A model generated the notes under the pieces. That model did no database searches and had not been told where the DNA came from. It saw only the letters and a list, made by a program, of their open reading frames with translations. A stretch of 38,023 nt of DNA from Turneriella sp. (GTDB lineage: Bacteria; Spirochaetota; Leptospiria; Turneriellales; Turneriellaceae), in the NCBI GenBank assembly GCA_965279515.1, contig CBDIID010000001.1, positions 1 to 38,023 of the forward strand, written 5' to 3'. A program made the translations under genes and the position numbers. This document shows, in pieces, positions 1 through 8,380 of the stretch. Position 1 is the stretch's first letter. The number at the start of each line of letters is the position of its first letter.

Positions 1-34
1 GCATTCAGCATAGAGCGCCGCTGAAGAGAGCAGG

Positions 35-253
35 CTAAATATCAAAACGATTGCGGGTTTCACAGTTCGGGCAGAGAATGTCAACCTGACCTTTGACGCG
101 CGAGTTGCCGCTTTTGTCGACCAGCTTGCCCACGGCGGTGAATTGAAAGTCGAGGCCTTCGGCATGGTAGTTGCCTTTACCATACTTCGCGGTGCCTTCC
201 ATAATGTAACCACAGGCGTGGCATTTAACCTTTAAACGAATCTTCTCAGCCAT
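35..253 (-). CDS. Small zinc-ribbon protein (72 aa)
   Basis: Two CxxC pairs (CHAC, CPNC); TAATG coupling to upstream MlaD gene. Confidence 0.75.
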   Translation of the reverse strand: MAEKIRLKVKCHACGYIMEGTAKYGKGNYHAEGLDFQFTAVGKLVDKSGNSRVKGQVDILCPNCETRNRFDI

Positions 254-1194
254 TAGTTGTTAAAGAAAATTCTGTAAGGCGCGGATGCCATGTCATTCAG
301 TTTTTCATTTGCATACTTTGCGTAATCGAGCAGCAAAAGATAGATCGTTTCTTCGTGCAGCAGGCGGGCGCTGAAACTTTGCCCGTCGTAAGCCACGCTT
401 TGCTCCAATTTTGCCATGTTGGTCTTGATGGCCGGCAGGTTCTTGTTGAGGTCGTATACCAGAAATTCACTGACGCTGTTGACGCGCGAGAGCATGGTGT
501 AAAGATCTGAACTCGTAGAATTAATTATGCCAAAAAAAGTATTCATTGTTCCTGTTGCCTGGCGTATCGTTGCGCGTACGGCATGGCGCTGGATATACGG
601 GGTTCGTCGCAGATCATCGACCGTTTTTTTCAGCTGTTGCAGCCGCTTTTCGAGAATGCTCATATGCCCGCCTTCAGATTTTATGGCATCGTAATATTGC
701 TGAAACATGATTGTCGAATTGATAATTTTTTCCAAGGGCATGGAGTGATCAAGCGAATAAAATGCTTCGTTGAACGTCGACGGTACAATTTCGATATTGA
801 TAAATTTGGCGCCAAAATAGCCCCACGAGCTCAGTGAAGCGCGGCTGCCGGTTTTGGGAATCGGAAAATCCGTGCGAATCTTTGCGACGATGCGGTGGCC
901 AGACATGTCAGATGTCAGGTGCTCGACCTCACCGATTTCCAGCGCACCCTGGTAGCGGACCTTTGTTCCGGGGCGGATATCCTCGATAAAAGTCGCGGAG
1001 AAAGACATGCGGTAATAGTCCAGGGAGCGGGCAATGCTGCGCGTGCCGAAATACCCCAAAAAAATCGCGAAAAACATCAGGACGGCAAAACCGATCAGAA
1101 GCGTAATTCGATCCGGGTTGCGTATCGAATCCCAGAACGACAACCATTCGGCGGTCGTCGCGGTTTCAGCTGGTTTTTTTTCTGAGGTCAGCAT
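253..1194 (-). CDS. MlaD/Mce-family protein
   Basis: N-terminal TM helix, then MlaD-like motifs IRPGTKVRYQGALEIGEV and WGYFGAKFINI, helical C-terminus. Confidence 0.8.
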   Translation of the reverse strand: MLTSEKKPAETATTAEWLSFWDSIRNPDRITLLIGFAVLMFFAIFLGYFGTRSIARSLDYYRMSFSATFIEDIRPGTKVRYQGALEIGEVEHLTSDMSGHRIVAKIRTDFPIPKTGSRASLSSWGYFGAKFINIEIVPSTFNEAFYSLDHSMPLEKIINSTIMFQQYYDAIKSEGGHMSILEKRLQQLKKTVDDLRRTPYIQRHAVRATIRQATGTMNTFFGIINSTSSDLYTMLSRVNSVSEFLVYDLNKNLPAIKTNMAKLEQSVAYDGQSFSARLLHEETIYLLLLDYAKYANEKLNDMASAPYRIFFNN

Positions 1195-1981
1195 GCAGAA
1201 TCTGGACGGCGTTCATTGCCGCTTCCGAACCCATCTTGTTCTTCTCATAACACAGCAAGAGGATTTTCCGGCGATCCGGAAGATGCTCGAGATACAGAAA
1301 GGCGATGCCGAAGTTCCGTTTTCCCTCAAGCACTGTTCCGGTTTTTCCTGCCAAAAAGCGGAAACGCCGGTTCTGCCGAAGCGCGCGGCAAAAATCAGCC
1401 AGCGTGCCTTCGCAGGTTTGTCTTAAACCGTCCATAATTGTTCGCGCGGCCGGATTTCCATTCTCTTCGGCGCCGAGCAGCGCAGTGTACATGGCCAGTA
1501 GTTTATCTGCTTCGATGCCAGCGGGCAGGTCAAAGCCATAGACATTCACGGGTTTCACAATTTTCAGATCGGCCGGCCAGTCAAACCGCTGTCTCAGCCA
1601 TGCTTCATATTCCGCCAAGTTGAGACCCATAAACCGCGACAGGAAGTAATAGTTGCAGCTCTGCACCAGCGCGGTTTGTAAGGTCATGGCGCCATGGCCG
1701 GCCGGCGTCCAGCAGCGCAGGCGATCCGTACGTTTTTTCTCGGGCGGGCAAAAAATCGTCTCATCGGCTTTAAAACCCTTTTCGAGCAAATACCAGGCGG
1801 CAAAGGGCTTGAGAAGCGAGCCAACAGGCGCGGCCATGGTCTGGTTCTGCTGGTTGAGAATGGTGTATTTTCCCCCTGCATACTCCGCCATGACAAATGC
1901 CGACTTTTTTTCGGCCGAAAGGGCTAATCCTGAAAACAGGAAAATCAAAATTGGATTTACGGCGGCTTTAATTTTGCGCAT
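1166..1981 (-). CDS. Stand-alone penicillin-binding/transpeptidase-fold protein with signal peptide
   Basis: SxxK (GSLLK), SxN (QSCN) and KTG (GKTGT) motifs; hydrophobic N-terminus; no transglycosylase domain. Confidence 0.8.
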   Translation of the reverse strand: MRKIKAAVNPILIFLFSGLALSAEKKSAFVMAEYAGGKYTILNQQNQTMAAPVGSLLKPFAAWYLLEKGFKADETIFCPPEKKRTDRLRCWTPAGHGAMTLQTALVQSCNYYFLSRFMGLNLAEYEAWLRQRFDWPADLKIVKPVNVYGFDLPAGIEADKLLAMYTALLGAEENGNPAARTIMDGLRQTCEGTLADFCRALRQNRRFRFLAGKTGTVLEGKRNFGIAFLYLEHLPDRRKILLLCYEKNKMGSEAAMNAVQILHADLRKKTS

Positions 1982-1984
1982 TCA

Positions 1985-2677
1985 ATGGCGGCAATGGTTG
2001 AAAACGCCGTCACTCTGGAAAGAGAACAGCTTTCCCTGAAGATCAACGAGATCTTTTACAGCATCCAGGGCGAGGGCTCTTATGCCCTTTACCCCTGTGT
2101 CTTTGTACGCCTGACCGGCTGCAACCTGCGCTGCGCCTGGTGTGACACGACCTATTCCTTTTTTGAAGGTGAGCCACAGACTCTGGCGCAGATTCTCGCA
2201 GAGGTGAACCGCTACAACTCAGAACTCGTCGAAGTGACCGGCGGAGAGCCTCTGCTGCAGAAAAACGTCTATGCTTTTTTTGAAATGCTGAAAGCCGCAG
2301 GCAAAAAAATCCTGATTGAAACCTCCGGATCGATTTTGATCGATCGTGTGCCTGAGTATGTGCATATCGTGCTCGACCTGAAAGCACCTGATTCCGGCGA
2401 AGCAGAAAAGAACCGTTATGAAAATCTGGGTTTCATCAAACCTTCGGATGATATTAAGATTGTTGTAGCATCCCAAAAAGACTTTGAATTTGCCGAAGAA
2501 ATTGCGGCGAAGTATGCGCTAGCGCAGAAAATGGAAAAACCGGTCATCATCCAGCCGGCATTCGGGCAACTCGACAGTGCCGAGGTGGGCGAATGGGTGA
2601 AAAACTCAATGACGCGCTTCCGCCTGGGCCTGCAACTGCATAAATTCATCTACGAACCCACTCTCCGGGCGGTTTAA
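1985..2677 (+). CDS. queE: 7-carboxy-7-deazaguanine synthase (radical SAM)
   Basis: EIFYSIQGEG, CNLRCAWCDT (CxxxCxxC), TGGEPL, LQLHK; adjacent to queD and queC. Confidence 0.93.
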   Translation: MAAMVENAVTLEREQLSLKINEIFYSIQGEGSYALYPCVFVRLTGCNLRCAWCDTTYSFFEGEPQTLAQILAEVNRYNSELVEVTGGEPLLQKNVYAFFEMLKAAGKKILIETSGSILIDRVPEYVHIVLDLKAPDSGEAEKNRYENLGFIKPSDDIKIVVASQKDFEFAEEIAAKYALAQKMEKPVIIQPAFGQLDSAEVGEWVKNSMTRFRLGLQLHKFIYEPTLRAV

Positions 2678-3032
2678 TGCTGATCGAAAAGAATTCGTCT
2701 TCGATTCGGCGCATTTTTTACCTTTTGTTCCGCAAGAGCATAAATGCCGGCGCCTGCACGGACACACATACAAAGTCGTGATCGGCGTTGAAGGTGATGT
2801 CAACGATGCCGGCTGGGTCATTGACTTTGCCGATATCAGCGCCGGTGTAAATCCCATTCTGCAGAGTATCGACCATACTTTGCTGAATGCGGTCGAAGGG
2901 CTCGACAATCCCACGGCAGAAAATATTGCCCTTTGGATTTTTACCCGTGTCAAACAGGCTATCCCCCTGTTAAGCTATGTCAGCGTGCAAGAAGGCCTGG
3001 CGTCGCGCGTGATCTACCCCCGTAAACCATGA
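2677..3032 (+). CDS. queD: 6-carboxytetrahydropterin synthase; apparent frameshift at A-run 2687-2690 (likely sequencing error)
   Basis: Copy 2 has 5 A and an intact 118-aa ORF with CRRLHGH and NPTAEN; this copy has 4 A. Confidence 0.88.
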
Positions 3033-3745
3033 GCGCGAAAAAAGCCATAGTTCTGCTTTCGGGTGGCCTCGATTCGGCGACCTGCCTTGCGATCGCAAAA
3101 GAACGCGGGTTTTCACCAACGGCAATTTCCTTTAATTACGGGCAACGGCATAAAAACGAACTCATGGCCGCGGCAAAAATCACCGGTCTTGCAGGTGTTG
3201 AACACACCGTTATTGCCGTAGATCTCGCGGCTATTGGCGGCTCAGCCTTGACGGACAAAATCGCCGTGCCAAAGGGCGGGGCGCATCTGACAGCGGCGCC
3301 TGCGATTCCCGTCACCTATGTGCCTGTGCGCAATATGATTTTTCTATCGCTCGCGTATGCGCTCGCCGAGGCGCGCGGCGCAGCGGCTATTTTTATCGGC
3401 GTCAATGCGATCGACTATTCGGGTTATCCCGACTGCCGCCCCGATTTTATTGAATCGTTTGCGAAAACCGCGGCGCTGGCTTCCAAAATCGGCCGCGAAG
3501 GGCATTCCCCCGAAATTATCGCGCCGCTGGTGACATTTTCAAAGGCCGATATTGCCCGCGAAGCCGCGCGGCTGAAGGTTCCGGTGCAGTTTACCTGGTC
3601 GTGCTACGATCCGCAGATTCTCCATGGTTATTACACTCCCTGTGAAAACTGCGACGCCTGTATCTTGCGCCGCAATGGTTTTGCCGACGCGGGCCTCGTT
3701 CTCTCTAAAGAAGAAATTTTTGGTTCTCCGATAGCGCTTGCATAA
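3029..3745 (+). CDS. queC: 7-cyano-7-deazaguanine synthase
   Basis: SGGLDS, TYVPVRN, DYSGYPDCR, TWSCY...CENCDAC motifs. Confidence 0.95.
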   Translation: MSAKKAIVLLSGGLDSATCLAIAKERGFSPTAISFNYGQRHKNELMAAAKITGLAGVEHTVIAVDLAAIGGSALTDKIAVPKGGAHLTAAPAIPVTYVPVRNMIFLSLAYALAEARGAAAIFIGVNAIDYSGYPDCRPDFIESFAKTAALASKIGREGHSPEIIAPLVTFSKADIAREAARLKVPVQFTWSCYDPQILHGYYTPCENCDACILRRNGFADAGLVLSKEEIFGSPIALA

Positions 3746-4283
3746 AGCGGCTCGCAGGAAACCCCATCACATTAAAATAACAACCCTCGATGCGGCTGAT
3801 ATTCGCCATGCCGAAAGCATCCTGTACACCATAGCCGCCGGCCTTATCATACGGCTCAGGTGTCGCTGTATAGGCGGCAATGGTTGCCTCTGTCAGCTGC
3901 AAAAAATGCACCGCAGTTTTTTCCAGGAAGCTGATCTTTTCGCCGCGCGGAAAAACCATGCAGACCGCAGTAAAAACCCAGTGTGGCCGGCCGGAGAGTT
4001 TTTTCAGCATTTGTGAGGCATGCGCCTGGTCGCGCGGCTTTTCCAGCACCTCGCCCTCCAAAACCACAATCGTATCCGCGGCGATATTCAGCCGGCCGGG
4101 GCGGGCGACAGCAGCGGCCTTTGCCTCTGCCAAAAGCAGCGTCTGCTCGGCAGGGTCGCTGTGGCGTATCGACTCTTCGTCGAGGTTCGCCGGGATAATT
4201 TCGCAGACAAAACCCAGCTTTTCGAGAATTTCACGGCGCCGCGGCGATGCGCTGGCGAGTATTATAGGTTTATCCAGCTGCAT
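3705..4283 (-). CDS. maf: Maf family nucleotide pyrophosphatase (YhdE-like)
   Basis: ILASASPRR, ADTIVV, DKAGGYGVQ motifs. Confidence 0.92.
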   Translation of the reverse strand: MQLDKPIILASASPRRREILEKLGFVCEIIPANLDEESIRHSDPAEQTLLLAEAKAAAVARPGRLNIAADTIVVLEGEVLEKPRDQAHASQMLKKLSGRPHWVFTAVCMVFPRGEKISFLEKTAVHFLQLTEATIAAYTATPEPYDKAGGYGVQDAFGMANISRIEGCYFNVMGFPASRFMQALSENQKFLL

Positions 4284-4325
4284 TGTAATTCATTGACGCG
4301 CGCAGATCACACTCCGCCTTCACCT

Positions 4326-4706
4326 ATGCGCCTCCTTGTGGTTGCCGGAATCTCCGGTTTTTTTGCGGTATTTTTCGGGGCATTCGGTTCGCATATCCTG
4401 AAAGCCTCGCTTGGCGAAAAATTTTTTTCCGTATTCCAGACCGCCAACCAATACCATTTCTGGCATACCCTCGCGCTGCTGGCGGTGGCGCTGCTCAGGG
4501 TTTCCCGGCCGCAAAAATTTTTCACAGCCTCGGCCATAGCCTTTATCAGCGGCCTGGTATTATTCTCGGGCTCGCTGTATTTCTACGCTGTGTACCAGAT
4601 CAAAACATTTGCCATGCTGGCGCCACTCGGCGGGGCGTCGTTTATGTTGGGTTGGCTGTTCTTTACCTTGGGCACAATCCGCGAATTTTCAAAAAAAGCA
4701 ACATAG
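4326..4706 (+). CDS. DUF423 (YgdD/TMEM256) membrane protein
   Basis: GAFGSH, FQTANQYHFWH, LFSGSLY, APLGG...GW; start reassigned to ATG 4326. Confidence 0.88.
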   Translation: MRLLVVAGISGFFAVFFGAFGSHILKASLGEKFFSVFQTANQYHFWHTLALLAVALLRVSRPQKFFTASAIAFISGLVLFSGSLYFYAVYQIKTFAMLAPLGGASFMLGWLFFTLGTIREFSKKAT

Positions 4707-4736
4707 GGGGATTTCCCCCGGCGCGGCGCCGGCTTT
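4706..4736 (+). terminator. GC-rich hairpins downstream of DUF423 gene
   Basis: ggggg-attt-ccccc and ccggcgc-g-gcgccgg followed by cttt; lies between convergent genes. Confidence 0.4.
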
Positions 4737-4773
4737 GGAAGGCTTTGCATTACCGATTTTTTACTAGTTAATG

Positions 4774-4801
4774 ACTTCCCATAATAAATATTATGTCGCA
4801 T
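4774..4801 (+). other. dif-like XerC/XerD recombination site
   Basis: ACTTCCCATAA-TAAATA-TTATGTCGCAT has the 11-6-11 layout with the CATAA-N6-TTATG core of canonical dif sites; intergenic AT-rich context. Confidence 0.75.
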
Positions 4802-4828
4802 TATCATCAATTTTTCCGTTCGGACCGC

Positions 4829-6076
4829 TCAAGTCTGCGCATGCCTCTGCTGTGCAAAAACCAGCCACGCTATGAGACACAATGCCCCGCCCAACAGAAA
4901 TGGAACCGGTAGCCAAACCGCATATAAGCCCGTAGCCACCACAGGCGCGGTAAATCGCGCCAGCGCTGCCAGGGATTGCATATTGCCCAGCGTCTGACCC
5001 TGCTCATTTTTTGGCGCATGGATGGATGCATAGGCGTTCAGCGACGGGCCACCAAAGCCCGAGGCCAGCGCCATCAGAATCAGAACTGCGCTCAAGAGAC
5101 AGATTTTTACCGAAACCCCAGACATGAGGATGCCATCGACATAACCTGCCCACGGCAGCAACAGCATGCCTATCGCCGACCCGATAAGGCCTAGCTTTAC
5201 CCAATGTTCCGGCGGCCTTTTCTTCTCCATGCGGCGGTATAATCCACCCTGAACCAGCGCCAGAATGACGCCCTGCGCGCCGAAGAAATAGAAGGTTTCT
5301 TTCAGGTCAAAATGGTATTGCTTCTGCAGTATCCAGGCAAACAAGACCTCGAAGATAACGAATGCAAACTGGTTCAATAACTGCGTGACATAGGTATTGC
5401 GGCTGCCCGACTTCCTGAAAGCGCTCGCCACAACTGCGAGGCCTTCTCTTTGTACTGCTCCATGACTAACCTCCGCCGCTGAAAATCGATTGATTACAAT
5501 CAGAACAAATGAGATTAAAGATAGTCCAAAACAAACCGCCCCAATCAACCAAAATGGATTAAAATCAATCATTGTCGGCGATGCAGTTTGATTGAAATTG
5601 ATCAGGATACCACCCAGGAACGGACCCAACAGGAACCCCATTCCGATACAAGCTCCCAATAAGCCCATCGCCCGTGGCCGCTGCTCTGGTGTTGTATGGT
5701 CTGCAAGAATGCTCTGGGCGATGGCTATATTACCGCCCGTAATGCCACTGAGCACCCTGCCTGCCAGGAAAAGCCCGTAGTTATTAGCTATGATCCATAT
5801 GGCATAACTAGCCACGTTACCCAATGTAGAGATAAGAAATATGGGTTTCCGGCCATAGATATCTGACAGTCTGCCGAGTATCGGCGCGCTCAACATCTGC
5901 GCCCCGGAATAAGATGCCATGAGAATGCCCATATAGATCTCGGGCGCAAGCGATGAAAGTCCTGAGTTTTTTACCAGGACTTGCGTTAAATCCCGAACGA
6001 CTGGAATCATCACGCCAAACCCCAGCATATCGAGAAAAACCACGAGATATACCGTGGTTTTTGCTGACTTATTCAC
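4829..6076 (-). CDS. MFS transporter, DHA1/TetA-like
   Basis: VFLDMLGFGVMIPV, motif A GRLSDIYGRKP, motif C GFLLGPFLGG, about 12 TM segments. Confidence 0.9.
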   Translation of the reverse strand: MNKSAKTTVYLVVFLDMLGFGVMIPVVRDLTQVLVKNSGLSSLAPEIYMGILMASYSGAQMLSAPILGRLSDIYGRKPIFLISTLGNVASYAIWIIANNYGLFLAGRVLSGITGGNIAIAQSILADHTTPEQRPRAMGLLGACIGMGFLLGPFLGGILINFNQTASPTMIDFNPFWLIGAVCFGLSLISFVLIVINRFSAAEVSHGAVQREGLAVVASAFRKSGSRNTYVTQLLNQFAFVIFEVLFAWILQKQYHFDLKETFYFFGAQGVILALVQGGLYRRMEKKRPPEHWVKLGLIGSAIGMLLLPWAGYVDGILMSGVSVKICLLSAVLILMALASGFGGPSLNAYASIHAPKNEQGQTLGNMQSLAALARFTAPVVATGLYAVWLPVPFLLGGALCLIAWLVFAQQRHAQT

Positions 6077-6139
6077 AGTTTCAAGGACTGAATTGCAGAT
6101 GTACGGTCAAAGAATGCTCGATATTCTCAAGGAAAAGCA

Positions 6140-6180
6140 TTGACAGCATATTCTAAATCGAATATTCGAAATAGAATATG
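6140..6180 (+). promoter_or_regulatory. Promoter (-35 TTGACA at 6140) overlapped by 34-bp operator palindrome 6147-6180
   Basis: catattcta-aa-tcgaatattcga-aa-tagaatatg, covering the -10 region and ATG of the regulator; divergent from the MFS gene. Confidence 0.7.
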
Positions 6181-6675
6181 AACACCTTAGACAACCTCCA
6201 ACTATTATTACTGGCAATCCTCCGGGGTAAAAAACACCCCATCTCACGCTATGAGGCCATGGCCACCTTGAACCATGTCACAAGCCGAATCGATCGCCCC
6301 TACTCGCCAGGCGCTGTTTATCACTGCATAAAAAACCTTGCGGGGAGAGAATTAATTAATTTTAATCATAAATCCATACAGATTTCGCCTACTGGGGGCG
6401 CAGCCTTGTCAGATCGCCTCACCCAGGCTCCATTGTCAGAATCTGTTTTGACCATGATCTATGAGGCCTTAGCTTTACAGCTATCTGGCGACCCAGGGCT
6501 TAAAAACTCAGGGATCCGACGACTCAAGGTTGAAATGATCAAATTTAATCAAAGACCAGAATCTCGCCATCTCGAAGGCCCAGAAGCGGGACAGCTTGAC
6601 AAGGCGCTGAATTCTTGTCATTTAGAAATTGTCAAAGGCTTAAATCGATTCATCTTGGAATTAGGCGACATTTAA
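6178..6675 (+). CDS. PadR-like winged-helix transcriptional regulator (divergent)
   Basis: LLLLAIL...ISRYE...SPGAVYHCIKNL...LI...ISPTG resembles PadR wHTH; divergent from MFS. Confidence 0.6.
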   Translation: MNTLDNLQLLLLAILRGKKHPISRYEAMATLNHVTSRIDRPYSPGAVYHCIKNLAGRELINFNHKSIQISPTGGAALSDRLTQAPLSESVLTMIYEALALQLSGDPGLKNSGIRRLKVEMIKFNQRPESRHLEGPEAGQLDKALNSCHLEIVKGLNRFILELGDI

Positions 6676-6708
6676 TTGGCGCCAATATCAAGGCATTTTT
6701 GGGCATTG

Positions 6709-7575
6709 TCACTGTCCCATAGTTGGGATGAAATTGACGGCGCCCAATTCTTGGTCATGGATCGTTGCCCGCTGCAGAGGGACCAGAATCTCCTGTCCGC
6801 CGGGGTGGATTATCGACCTGACATAGACATTTTGACTAAAAATCATCAGCTCTTTAGGCTGTACGAGGGACCGCTGGGGGAACCCGTTTCGATCAAAATA
6901 ATCGACCTTTAGCATGGCTTCTTGCCGTATTTTGCCGAGAAAATACTGCTCGATCTGGTCGAAATTTTTCGGAAAAAGAATTTCATATTTTTCCGTTTTT
7001 CTCTGCCAGCGACGTATTCTCTGGTATTTTGTTTTGGAAGAAAAAATATCCTGCTCCGTCTGCAAGATGTTGAGAAACGCGAGCGCGGTAGCGCGCGCAT
7101 CAGCAAGAGCGCGGTGCGCCTTGCCTGTGTCTATCCCCAGTTCTTTTTTGATCGCCTCAAGTGCATGCGACGGCCGTTCGGCTCGCAGTTTGCGCGAGAG
7201 CTGCAGGTGATCGTAATACGAGCGGTTCGGCCACGGCACTTTGACGGCAGCGAAACTTTGTTTTAAAAACGCCAGGTCGAAGGGTGCATTGTGAAAAACC
7301 CAACTGCCTTCGGGTAGAAATTTCAGAAACGCGGCAATCCCTTCTTGTAATGGTACCGCCTTGGTTTCGAGCTCTTCAGCGCTGATCTGGTGGATCGCCC
7401 GCGCCTTCGGATCCATTTTTTTCTCGGGCTTGATGAGAATAGAAAAATCGTCGGCGAGACCGGCCAGCGAGAACGCGACCGCGCCGATTTCGATAATTTC
7501 GTGTTTATAAGGGTTAAGCCCGGTGGTCTCGAGGTCGATCGCTAGAAAGCGCAGATCCTGCGCCCATTGCTCCAT
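6709..7575 (-). CDS. DEDDh 3'-5' exonuclease (DnaQ/PolC-like) with WYL-like C-terminus
   Basis: DLETTG, HNAPFD, HRALADA motifs; C-terminal LKVDY...R.LVQP.EL...VYV...LQR pattern. Confidence 0.85.
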   Translation of the reverse strand: MEQWAQDLRFLAIDLETTGLNPYKHEIIEIGAVAFSLAGLADDFSILIKPEKKMDPKARAIHQISAEELETKAVPLQEGIAAFLKFLPEGSWVFHNAPFDLAFLKQSFAAVKVPWPNRSYYDHLQLSRKLRAERPSHALEAIKKELGIDTGKAHRALADARATALAFLNILQTEQDIFSSKTKYQRIRRWQRKTEKYEILFPKNFDQIEQYFLGKIRQEAMLKVDYFDRNGFPQRSLVQPKELMIFSQNVYVRSIIHPGGQEILVPLQRATIHDQELGAVNFIPTMGQ

Positions 7576-8293
7576 GCGTCAGCGATGCGTGAGGCTGTGT
7601 CGGGTCGATTGTAAAATGAAAATGCGCCATTGCTGCCGCCGGCGCCTGGGCAGAGCTGGCCTGCCCGAAGGGCGAAAGATTGCGCGCCTGTGGGATATCC
7701 CGCTGTGTAGCAGGCTTCACGCCGCGATGAGTCATGCCCGCACTGTCTGACATGCCGCCAGAGACTGCAGCCACGGGGCGAAACCAGTCGAGGAAATAGC
7801 GCAACGAAGGTAGATTGAGGGTATAAATCGAGCCTGAGAGGCAGCGATTTGGCGGCGCAGGCGCCCCGGGAACACCCGGTTTTTGACCCTGGGCTGCGGA
7901 ATCTTCTTTAGTGTTGCATGCACCGGCCGCAGGCGATACAGTCAAAGCAGGGCTATCGAAAAGCACTCCGTGAGGATGGCTTGCGTCGGCGGCAGAGTCA
8001 TTAACTAAGGCAGTCTTTATCTGTGCGGATGAGCGCTTTTGGGCGGGTACCGCTGCATAATGCCGTTTGGCCTGCCCGGCATGGGCCACGAGGCGGACGA
8101 CGCCCCTGCCCCAATTCTGCGCCGATTGTTTCATAAAAGCGGTAAATCCGACTTTTTGTTTTTTGTCCGATTTTTTAGCTTTTTGGACGATATTCAGATT
8201 AGGGGAAACCTTGCCTGCGCTGGCGAAAGCTCCGCCCGAAGCTGCCAACGCAGCCACTAGGGTTAGAATCTTGGTGAGTCTTCGCCCGGACAC
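7514..8293 (-). CDS. Hypothetical exported low-complexity protein
   Basis: GTG 8293 gives signal-peptide-like MSGRRLTKILTLVAALAASGGAFA; fills an otherwise empty 0.7 kb; no recognised domain. Confidence 0.5.
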   Translation of the reverse strand: MSGRRLTKILTLVAALAASGGAFASAGKVSPNLNIVQKAKKSDKKQKVGFTAFMKQSAQNWGRGVVRLVAHAGQAKRHYAAVPAQKRSSAQIKTALVNDSAADASHPHGVLFDSPALTVSPAAGACNTKEDSAAQGQKPGVPGAPAPPNRCLSGSIYTLNLPSLRYFLDWFRPVAAVSGGMSDSAGMTHRGVKPATQRDIPQARNLSPFGQASSAQAPAAAMAHFHFTIDPTQPHASLTHGAMGAGSALSSDRPRDHRA

Positions 8294-8380
8294 TCTGGGG
8301 CAAGAGGGTTTAAAGAGCCAAAAAGTCAACAAAAAAAGTAAATTTTTTATACCTTCTGCTTATTAAGTTTGCCGTTTTGG

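Noticed and set aside
1166..1981. Class D beta-lactamase call
   Set aside because: Second motif is SxN rather than the SxV of OXA enzymes; only the general penicillin-binding fold is supported.
2677..3032. queD pseudogene or programmed frameshift
   Set aside because: Intact in copy 2; the difference is one A in a homopolymer run, most simply a sequencing error.
1985..3745. Dpd-type 7-deazaguanine DNA modification or defence island
   Set aside because: No DpdA/TGT-like, DpdB or helicase genes recognisable in the unit; queEDC alone fits tRNA queuosine synthesis.
4829..6076. Tetracycline resistance gene tetA
   Set aside because: Family-level DHA1 motifs only; substrate cannot be assigned and the partner regulator is not TetR-like.
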